A stretch of DNA of 64,000 nt from Candidatus Latescibacterota bacterium. GTDB taxonomy: Bacteria; Latescibacterota; UBA2968; UBA8231. The position numbers and the translations under genes are program-made. Location of the stretch: assembly GCA_965261395.1 (NCBI GenBank), contig OZ253462.1:5280001-5344000 (forward strand). Reading direction: 5' to 3'. How positions within the stretch are numbered: position 1 is the stretch's first letter; the number at the start of each line of letters is the position of its first letter. Under the pieces are notes generated by a model, which was not told the origin of the DNA, searched no databases, and was given only the letters and a program-made list of their open reading frames with translations. Below are positions 56,535 to 64,000 of this stretch, one piece after another.

Positions 56535-57200
56535 ATGGAAAAGCGAACGCTTGGCCGCACGGGCCTTGAAGTCAGTGTGCTGGGCATGGGGGGACTGTAC
56601 GTCTCCAGTGCGGGTGCCCGTGGACGCGATGAGGCATGCCGCGCCGTCCACCGCGCACTTGAACTCGGTGTAAATTACGTGGATACAGCGCCCAACTACC
56701 GCGACAGCGAAGAGGTTTTGGGCATCGCGCTCGACGGTGTGACGCAGCCGTACTTCCTCGCGACAAAACTCGGCGGCCGGCCGCAGCCGTTCAATCCGCA
56801 AGATAAAGATCTCTTGCGGCAGTCGGTCGATGAAAGCCTGCGGTTACTCAAACGCGATTACATCGATGTCCTGTTGGTACACGAGCCTGACCGTCCCGGT
56901 CAGTACGATTGGTGGACGGACTACGACCGTTTCCACGGGCCGGTCTGCGATCTGTTGGAAGAACTGAAGGCAGAGAAAATTATCCGCTTCACCGGACTCG
57001 GCGGCACCACCGCTTATCAGCTGCCGCTCATTGAGGAAGTGGAACAGAATGTGCGCGCGGTGGAAGCCGGGCCGCTACCGTCAGATGTCCTCGCCCAGCT
57101 TCAGGAGATTGCCGATATGGTGCCATTCCGGCCGTATGAAGAGCCGTTTGGCTTGCCGTTTGGACGACCATACAAGGGGCCTGGCCAAGCGGGCAGGTAG
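56535..57200 (+). pseudogene. Aldo/keto reductase, apparently with a large in-frame internal deletion
   Basis: RTLGRTGLEVS, DTAPNY..SE, ATK, SLRLL..DYID..VH; jumps from GGTTAYQLPLI directly to EEVEQNV; only ~221 aa. Confidence 0.7.
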
Positions 57201-57235
57201 GTTGATGATATCTTCTGTAGGTTCCAGACTTGCGA

Positions 57236-57269
57236 ACGGGGTCTTCGTCGATGGTGACGAAGACCCCGT
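57236..57269. terminator. Perfect 14-bp inverted repeat between convergent genes
   Basis: acggggtcttcgtc / gacgaagaccccgt. Confidence 0.7.
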
Positions 57270-57304
57270 CGGGTATGGGCACATGCACACATGCCGCTAG
57301 TGCT

Positions 57305-59833
57305 CTATGGCGCTGAGAGTGCCAAGTGCAGCATGACCTCGCGGTCCGGTGCCATGTTATCGACTGTGCTCTCGCGCTGCGTCCCCTCGATACCCATCTC
57401 CAGCCCTTCCCAGCGCAATAACTCCAGCCGACAGCCCATACTCACCTCGCGGAAGGCCTCAGACTGCCCCACCCTTAGGTAGGGCGTCCCCATAGCCCGA
57501 CCGCCGAACACCGCCAGCCCGTAGGCCGCCTCCGCGTCGAGACGACCGACGGATGCAGGCGCATCATTTGCCGCCAGTCCCGCCAGCGTCTCCCGCCCCA
57601 GCAACGCCGCCACACCGCCCGAGGACGCCCCACCCCAAGACGGCGTCAGCGCCACGGCCGGACCAAGCTCCGAAGACGGCGTCGGGTCGAAGCGCAGCGA
57701 TCCCGATACCCGCCAATCCCGAAAGTCCGCAGCCTCGTGCGCCACCAAGCCACGCACCATCACCTGCGCCATCAGACCCCGCGCCTCATCGGCAAAGACC
57801 GTACCGCCGCCAAGCTCCACGCCAAAACCCGTCTCCGCGTCGCCGCCGTCATGGCGCAGACCCAGCTCGACCGTCGGCGTCAGCAACCCACCGCCTAGCG
57901 CAAGATCCAAGGAACCCTCCAGCCCCAAGCGCAGGCGGCTCACATCCGCCACCGCCGCCGCCAGTAGGCCCGAAGGGTCCGACACCGCCGCCGAGGTCGT
58001 GCGCACCAACAACGCATCCGACTCAATCGCCAGCGACAGACCGCCCGCTTGCCGTGCGGAGACGAGGTCGCCCCGCACACCGACCGCCGCCATCGTCAGA
58101 TCCATAGCGGTGTGGTGCGATTCCCCGCCCTGCATCATCAACGCCAGGTCGCCTTGACCGTAGCCTGCCGTGCCCCACAGCGACAAGCGCTCCGCGAGTT
58201 CGTAGCCGACATAGGGATACAGACCCGTCAGCGAAGACGCCATGCGGCCTGCGCCGCGGTCCGCCGAATACCAACTCCCGTCCCCCCTGCTGTGAGACAG
58301 CGGCAGCCCCACCACCCAGCGCCCAATGGCGTAATCAGCCCCGAACATCCCCGTCGTCATCCCGCCATCGAGCGATAGACCGTTATCACTCCCGTCAAAA
58401 CCCGAATACCCCCCACGGCCCCAGAGGGTGCCAAGGCCGCCGACTGTCTCACTGCTCAGGGTAAACGCACTTCCTGTCACCAGATCGCGCATCGTTGGCA
58501 ACTGTGGTCCGAACTGAACCTCCGTCGCCTCGCTGCGGCCCCATTCCGACTGCGCCTCAAAGCGATCCTGCGCGACAACCTCACCTGCGCCGCTGAGATC
58601 ATGGCCTGCAACGGTGGCCTGCATCCCCGCCTCGTGCGGTGCCCTCAGACGCGCCTGCACGCCATCGAGCACGCGCTGGGCCGCGGTGCGACCAAAGCGC
58701 GCCAGCCAAGCCTGCTGCAACGGATCGTCGTTCGCGATCGTTCCCGTCGCCATATCGTCCGCAATGTGCGCCCCCGAGGCGTTGCTCAGGGTCAGCGTCA
58801 GGGTCTCCTCGCCTTCGTCGTGGGCATCGTCGAGCACCGCTACTGAAACCGTCTTCTGCGTCTCGCCCGCAGCGAAGGTGAGCGTCCCATCCGTGGCCGT
58901 ATAGTCCTGGCCCGCCTGCGCGGTGCCGTCCGCGGTCGCGTAGTCCACCGTCACCGTCTCCGAGGCAGCCTGGCTCAGTGTCACCGCAAATTCGAGCGTG
59001 GCGTCCGTCTCCTCCGTCGTCCGCGCGTCCGCAACCGACAGCGTCGCCGGGCCAACACTGGGACGCCCCTTGATCTCTATCCTGAGAATCAAGCGAGCGT
59101 CCCATTTCCAATCGGGATCGCCCGCGCTCCGAAAGCCGAGATGATCGTGGATCTCCCATCCTTCTTCGGCCCCGGGGTCGTCTTCACTGCTGTAGGTCGT
59201 GCGGAATTGGGCGATGTTGTCATTTGCGCAACCTGCCGTGCAATCAAGCAGGAAGTAGTACTCCGTGTCCGGCTCCAAGTAGGTGTTCTCAGGTGCCCAC
59301 CACTCATTGTACGCATAGTCGTCCAATTGGCCTCTAATGAGGTCAGTGACTCGGGTGAAGCCGGATTCGCCGGATCCATTGTAGAGGTAGATGCCTGCAT
59401 TTATCAGCATGTACCGGCTCTCATGCGTATCATGCACATGCAGCAAAATGCTCGTCAATTCATATCCCCCGAGATTAGGACCGGTTCTGAATGCCTGATT
59501 CAGTCCGTCTTGAAACTCATTCAGCAATACGACCCTTTCTGACAGTTGGTCGGTATTCTTCACCAGCGTAGTGATCGGCGGATCGTACGTTTGCGCAGAT
59601 GCGGCCACGGCGACCACAAGCGCGGTAGCTACCGCTAGAAGAATCGCTCCAGTCCACCGTGCGCCGCCTCGAGGTCTGGCCGACACATAGTCTTGCCGTT
59701 GCCATAGTCGAACCCGGCGCCTGAGATCCAACCCCCTGAGGCCGCGACAGCTTGTCGCCCGCCGTTGTGAATCCCTTGCCTCCGCATCTGCCACCACCCG
59801 CTTGTCAAGCTTGTCAACCAGCACAGTTGTCAT
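57305..59833 (-). CDS. Autotransporter-like surface protein with Calx-beta domain and extended signal peptide
   Basis: Signal ending ASA-Q; Calx-beta VTVDYATADGTAQAGQDY...FAAGETQKTV; barrel AWLARFGRT, YPYVGY, LGLRHDGGDAETGFGVELG. Confidence 0.85.
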   Translation of the reverse strand: MTTVLVDKLDKRVVADAEARDSQRRATSCRGLRGLDLRRRVRLWQRQDYVSARPRGGARWTGAILLAVATALVVAVAASAQTYDPPITTLVKNTDQLSERVVLLNEFQDGLNQAFRTGPNLGGYELTSILLHVHDTHESRYMLINAGIYLYNGSGESGFTRVTDLIRGQLDDYAYNEWWAPENTYLEPDTEYYFLLDCTAGCANDNIAQFRTTYSSEDDPGAEEGWEIHDHLGFRSAGDPDWKWDARLILRIEIKGRPSVGPATLSVADARTTEETDATLEFAVTLSQAASETVTVDYATADGTAQAGQDYTATDGTLTFAAGETQKTVSVAVLDDAHDEGEETLTLTLSNASGAHIADDMATGTIANDDPLQQAWLARFGRTAAQRVLDGVQARLRAPHEAGMQATVAGHDLSGAGEVVAQDRFEAQSEWGRSEATEVQFGPQLPTMRDLVTGSAFTLSSETVGGLGTLWGRGGYSGFDGSDNGLSLDGGMTTGMFGADYAIGRWVVGLPLSHSRGDGSWYSADRGAGRMASSLTGLYPYVGYELAERLSLWGTAGYGQGDLALMMQGGESHHTAMDLTMAAVGVRGDLVSARQAGGLSLAIESDALLVRTTSAAVSDPSGLLAAAVADVSRLRLGLEGSLDLALGGGLLTPTVELGLRHDGGDAETGFGVELGGGTVFADEARGLMAQVMVRGLVAHEAADFRDWRVSGSLRFDPTPSSELGPAVALTPSWGGASSGGVAALLGRETLAGLAANDAPASVGRLDAEAAYGLAVFGGRAMGTPYLRVGQSEAFREVSMGCRLELLRWEGLEMGIEGTQRESTVDNMAPDREVMLHLALSAP

Positions 59834-59895
59834 GACCGGCCTCCTTCTCTTGCATTGCCAGCTAGGATGAAAAACTTCCTCTCAGCCAATGCTTA

Positions 59896-59912
59896 TGCAT
59901 AAACCGTGCCAA
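59896..59912 (-). promoter_or_regulatory. sigma54 (-24/-12) promoter of the autotransporter
   Basis: TTGGCACGGTTTATGCA vs consensus YTGGCACGRNNNTTGCW. Confidence 0.85.
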
Positions 59913-59990
59913 GCCCGTAGCGGATGGATTAAATCCTTTATATAAAGGGTGTTAGGAGAATTTATGTGGAAAGATGGGAAGTTGCCGAAA

Positions 59991-60124
59991 TGATGCAGAA
60001 CGAAACAATTCGAGAGATACAAAATGAAAAGGAGAGGCGTCTAACTATCTGAAATTGCGTTACTTATGGAGCGGTTTGCGGTATTCGCGACGACGACTGT
60101 TTAATATTGCAACAGTTGCAACAG
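59991..60124. promoter_or_regulatory. Candidate enhancer (bEBP binding) sites
   Basis: Imperfect 17-bp palindromes TGATGCA-GAA-CGAAACA (59991-60007) and TGTTTAA-TAT-TGCAACA (60098-60114), plus tandem TTGCAACAG x2. Confidence 0.5.
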
Positions 60125-60184
60125 TCGATGCGGAACTGAGAGGATTGGCCTAGAGGTTGGCTTGGTTGTTGCCCGGTCGGTTAT

Positions 60185-62104
60185 TCACTTCTCTTCTAAC
60201 AGGTTGTATTTTCTCAACTTCCGGTACAGGGTCACGCGATTAATATTCAGTACTTGAGCGGCCTTGGTGATATTCCACTCCGAGGCTTCGAGGGCGTGGA
60301 CCACGGCTTGCCGCTCAGCTTCCTGCAGCGAAAGGAGGGATTGAGCAGGATCTCCAGGGTCCGTTGGAGATGGAACCATGGCGGAAAGTTGGGGAGGGAG
60401 GTTGCTGACTTGCAGCCTGTCCGTGGTTTCCAGCAACAGGGCGCGTTCAATGGCATTTCTGAGCTCGCGCACGTTGCCTGGCCAGTCATACGCGAGCAAT
60501 GTTTGCAGCGCCACCGGAGAAATCCCGCGCATGGATTCGTTGGCGCGTTCGGCATGGTCCTGCAGAAAATGGGCCACCAACAGGGGGATATCCTCGCGGT
60601 GGTCTCTGAGCGGTGGAATGACGAGGGGAAAAGCAGCCAAGCGATAGAACAGGTCCGCGCGGAACCCGCCATCTTTTGTCGCGCTTTCCAGATTCCTATT
60701 GGTCGCCGCAATCACGCGGATGTCAATGGGAATCGTGGATGTTCCACCCACCCGCTGGATTTCTCGCTCTTCTAGGACGCGCAACAACTTGGCTTGCAGC
60801 GCGATGGGCATGTCGCCAATTTCGTCGAGCAAAACGGTGCCGCCCTGGGCGCGCTCGAACTGCCCGATGTGCCGCATAGACGCCCCCGTAAAAGCCCCGC
60901 GTTCATGGCCGAAAAGCTCGCTCTCGATCAGCGTCTCGGGAATGGCAGCGCAATTGACGGCGACAAAGGGGCCTGCCTTTCTCGCGCTGTTATAGTGAAT
61001 CAACTTAGCGACCAGCTCTTTGCCGGTGCCGCTTTCGCCTTGAACCAGCACCGTAATGTCGCTTTCGGCCGCCCGCTGCATTAGGGCGTACAGGTCCTGC
61101 ATGTTTTTGCTTTTTCCCACCATACCGTCAAAGGCGTACGTCGTTCCGAGTTCGGCGCGCAAGCGCGAGACCTCGGCTTTCATCTGCTCGCTCTCAATCT
61201 CTCTGGACACGTCCCGGTAAATGACAATATGGCCCATGAGGTTTTGTTGACTGCTGTGTACGGGCGCTGTCGAGCGATAAAACAGCCGGGGATTTGAGTC
61301 GCTGGCTGCGGTGGTTTCTTCCTCCAAGTCGCCCGTGCGGTCCAAAAACAACTCACGCCCCCATTCAGGCAGAACGGGCGGCCGAAGACGCGCCTTGAGG
61401 CGTTCCCTGAGATCACTTGGCGGCATCTGCTTCAACTCGCCTTCCGTGGCGTTGAGAAGCTGCTCATATCCCTGATTCGCCACCTGCAGGCGTCCCTCGG
61501 CATCGAACATGCCGATGGCATCTCCGGTCGCGTCGAGCACTGCCTGGAGTCTTTGATTACTAGCTTCAAGTTGCCGATTACTGGCTTCAAGTTGCCGCTG
61601 GTGCTTTGCCAACTCCTGTTCGATGTTCCACTTCCCCGTAAGCGAAAGCGTGATCTGCTGAATCTCCTCGCGCGAAAATGGCTTGCGGATATAGAGCAAT
61701 TTGTGCAGCAATGCCATGTCGTTGACAATCTCGGGCAGCGTCTTATCGGAGTATGCGGTCATGATGACGATTTCGATATCCTGCTCGAATTGCCGAATCT
61801 GGCGCACGGTTTCAATGCCATCAGTACCCGGGGGCATCCTGATGTCAATGTAGGCCAGCGCAAAGGGGCAGTTCGATTCCTGGGCTGCTTTGACCATTTC
61901 GCAGGCTTCCTCCCCGCTTGTCGCATGGGAAAGTTCAAACTGCGGCAGCAAGGATTTATCGCTCTGCGAGACAAACGCGGCCGCCAACTCATCCGTTGCC
62001 CTCTTGGTGAGGCCGGGGGTCAACATCTCTGCAAAGTCGTTGTGAATTTCCTCTTGGTCATCAACGATCAGCACGCGGTAGTTCCAAGAGCTGTTTGATT
62101 CCAT
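60185..62104 (-). CDS. sigma54-dependent response regulator (REC + PAS + AAA+ + Fis HTH)
   Basis: LIVDD, DIRMP, KPF; GESGTGKE, ESELFGHERGAFTGA, LDEIG, WPGNVREL, NRVTLYRKL. Confidence 0.96.
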   Translation of the reverse strand: MESNSSWNYRVLIVDDQEEIHNDFAEMLTPGLTKRATDELAAAFVSQSDKSLLPQFELSHATSGEEACEMVKAAQESNCPFALAYIDIRMPPGTDGIETVRQIRQFEQDIEIVIMTAYSDKTLPEIVNDMALLHKLLYIRKPFSREEIQQITLSLTGKWNIEQELAKHQRQLEASNRQLEASNQRLQAVLDATGDAIGMFDAEGRLQVANQGYEQLLNATEGELKQMPPSDLRERLKARLRPPVLPEWGRELFLDRTGDLEEETTAASDSNPRLFYRSTAPVHSSQQNLMGHIVIYRDVSREIESEQMKAEVSRLRAELGTTYAFDGMVGKSKNMQDLYALMQRAAESDITVLVQGESGTGKELVAKLIHYNSARKAGPFVAVNCAAIPETLIESELFGHERGAFTGASMRHIGQFERAQGGTVLLDEIGDMPIALQAKLLRVLEEREIQRVGGTSTIPIDIRVIAATNRNLESATKDGGFRADLFYRLAAFPLVIPPLRDHREDIPLLVAHFLQDHAERANESMRGISPVALQTLLAYDWPGNVRELRNAIERALLLETTDRLQVSNLPPQLSAMVPSPTDPGDPAQSLLSLQEAERQAVVHALEASEWNITKAAQVLNINRVTLYRKLRKYNLLEEK

Positions 62105-62188
62105 GAAGCCACCTTTAGAGTTACTCGATCACGCGGGATGAGTTCGGGATGGTTTGGAGGTTCGCAAAAATAGAACGCGCAGACGCCG

Positions 62189-63460
62189 TCACGCAGAGGT
62201 TTCCGACATGGCGGCATTGAGCCGCAGCGTGACGCGCATGGTGGTGCCCGTGCCATAGCCGTCGCTCAAGGGTTGAATTTTCCCCCCGGAGCCGGTGACA
62301 AAATTGGCCGCTGAATGGAGACCCAGCCCGCTTCCTTCTCGCTTCGTCGTATAACCCGCTCCAAAGATCGCTTTGAGATTTTTCTGATTGATGCCAATGC
62401 CATTGTCCTGCACCTCGAGGACGAGAAAATCCTGTTGGATACAGGCCCTGATATCAATGCGCGGCGGTCCCTTGAGCCCGCCTGATTTCTTCAGTTCATC
62501 AATAGCTTCCATCGCATTCTTGAGCAGATTGACCAACATCTGATTAAACTGGGTCTCCTGAATGCGAATCTCTGCGGGCGCGTTGCCGCAGTCCACATGC
62601 GTCTGGATGCGTCTGCTGGCAAATGAGTCTTGCATGATTTTCAGGGCGCTGGAGATGGCCTGATTCAAGTTGACGTCTTTGCTGGTCATGGCTTTGCTGG
62701 CAAAGCCCCGTTGCGCGCGGACGATGTCCACAATGTGGTTCGTTTGGCTGTTGACGCGCTCAACCGTGCGGACCAATTCCCGATTCTGCTCGACGAAGTC
62801 GGCGGCCAGAGCCAGCAGAAACGGCCGCACCTGTTGGCCTTGCGGGTCGTGCTGGACGTAGTCGCCCCAATCCTCCGCATGCACCTGGACGGTCTCTGAC
62901 AAAGCCGCTAAGCGTTCGATCAGCGGATTGTTCCCCAACTCTTCTTTCAGGGTTCCAATGCCGATGGCCACGCTGGTAATGGCATTGCCGATGTTGTGCA
63001 GGATCGTATCCATGACCTCCAGGCGGCCCTGCGCGAAGGCCTGAGCCAAGGCTTCTTCGGCCCGCACTCGCTCCGTCACATCGCGAAAAACGGTGACCCC
63101 GCCGCGAGCGGTGCCAGATAACCTAATGGGCCCGCCGCTGGCGCTGATATAGACGCCCTCCGGCTTGGCCGCAGTGCGGATGAACATTTCCATCTCATCG
63201 GTCGCCTCCCCGCGCAGGGCACGCACGAGCGGCAGTTCCTCGGTTGGAACGGGCGTGGCCTTATCGGGGTAGAATATGCTGTATTCTTCCGTCCATCGTT
63301 CGGGCACCGCATCTATACTCCCTCCGATAATGCGTGCCGCACTTGGATTAAAGGTGAGGCTACCATGCTCATCAGCGACGATCACGCCGTCGCTGATGCT
63401 GTCAAAAATGGCCTGCATGAGTTGGATCTGATGCTGCAATTCATCAACGGTTTTTTTCAC
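62189..63460 (-). CDS. Cytoplasmic PAS sensor histidine kinase
   Basis: IFDSISDGVIVAD, FRDVTER, LHNIGN H-box, NLLKNAMEA, DNGIGI, GSGLGLH. Confidence 0.94.
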   Translation of the reverse strand: MKKTVDELQHQIQLMQAIFDSISDGVIVADEHGSLTFNPSAARIIGGSIDAVPERWTEEYSIFYPDKATPVPTEELPLVRALRGEATDEMEMFIRTAAKPEGVYISASGGPIRLSGTARGGVTVFRDVTERVRAEEALAQAFAQGRLEVMDTILHNIGNAITSVAIGIGTLKEELGNNPLIERLAALSETVQVHAEDWGDYVQHDPQGQQVRPFLLALAADFVEQNRELVRTVERVNSQTNHIVDIVRAQRGFASKAMTSKDVNLNQAISSALKIMQDSFASRRIQTHVDCGNAPAEIRIQETQFNQMLVNLLKNAMEAIDELKKSGGLKGPPRIDIRACIQQDFLVLEVQDNGIGINQKNLKAIFGAGYTTKREGSGLGLHSAANFVTGSGGKIQPLSDGYGTGTTMRVTLRLNAAMSETSA

Positions 63461-63685
63461 TTTGTTCTCGATCCCCTATGCTCGAAGACATGTTTCCTCG
63501 GTGCAGCGCTTGCCGAGGCTGGTCTCGCAGGACACGAAGACATTCGGCAGGCAGTTCTGCCATAAGACGTTAGTTGCGCGTCATTTTTTTACGGGCTACT
63601 ATGATACCAAATTGTCGGGATATAACAAAGGGGCCGGTCGATCTTTTGCGGCTGGTAACCACAGAGTAAAACAAGGGACAACGCT

Positions 63686-64000
63686 ATGGCCGATGGCCTT
63701 TACGATGTAGTAATAGAACGCGATGTAATGGTGGAGATGCGCGACGGCGTGCGGCTGGCGACCGACCTGTACTTCCCCGCCCGCGATGGGCAGCCGGTGC
63801 CCGGCAAATTCCCCACAGTCTTTCACCGCACGCCTTACGACAAAAGCGACGTGGAGCGCAACAGCAACTACGGCCGGTTTTTCGCCCAGCGCGGGTACGT
63901 GGCCGTCTATCAGGACTGCCGGGGGACGTTCCAGTCCGAGGGGGATGTGAACTTTCTCTTGCCCGAGGCCGAGGACGGGTACGACGCCTTGCAGTGGATC
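63686..64000 (+). CDS. CocE/NonD family hydrolase, 5' part running off the window end (absent from ORF track)
   Basis: My translation: MADGLYDVVIERDVMVEMRDGVRLATDLYFP...RTPYDK...FAQRGYVAVYQDCRGTFQSEG. Confidence 0.92.
   Translation, partial: MADGLYDVVIERDVMVEMRDGVRLATDLYFPARDGQPVPGKFPTVFHRTPYDKSDVERNSNYGRFFAQRGYVAVYQDCRGTFQSEGDVNFLLPEAEDGYDALQWI

Noticed and set aside
53580-64000. Integrative element at tRNA-Pro
   Set aside because: No integrase and no duplicated tRNA 3' end seen in the window

Overview
This is a GC-rich diderm bacterial window. Gene content (FlgD/CTD-like tails, a PorV-like barrel, a 'TxxVE..WGxxK' tail, and many TPR/NHL/FG-GAP/HEAT/FN3/Calx-beta proteins) suggests the FCB superphylum, possibly a Latescibacterota-like host-associated lineage; this is inference only. 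The centre is a ~22 kb co-directional minus-strand envelope cluster (13996-36047). It encodes a CBM9/DOMON-like secreted protein, two paralogous ~980-aa Asp-rich putative outer-membrane proteins, lipoproteins, a CTD-bearing protein next to a PorV/PorP-like barrel, a 1090-aa TPR protein, ExbB plus two ExbDs (one lacking the essential Asp), a PPIase, an OPT-like transporter, and FGE-fold and receptor-L lipoproteins. It is flanked by a DUF6785-like transporter, a degenerate-M28/FtsX fusion and a divergent TonB-like-anchor/DUF4159 operon. This is the best candidate for an undescribed PMF-energised import or sorting system. The left end is a rearranged zone: an AlbA_2/Schlafen-HATPase gene, 46-bp direct repeats around two head-to-head truncated genes, and a low-GC nuclease-fold/PIN cassette. 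The right part holds TPR/ASPIC-UnbV genes, Ldh_2 plus a split transketolase, a zinc-ribbon gene, rnpB, pyrF, tRNA-Pro, an aminotransferase, cytochrome c/PQQ dehydrogenase, an internally deleted aldo-keto reductase, a sigma54-controlled autotransporter with its two-component system, and the start of a CocE/NonD hydrolase. Family assignments come from motif recognition by eye; no searches were run.
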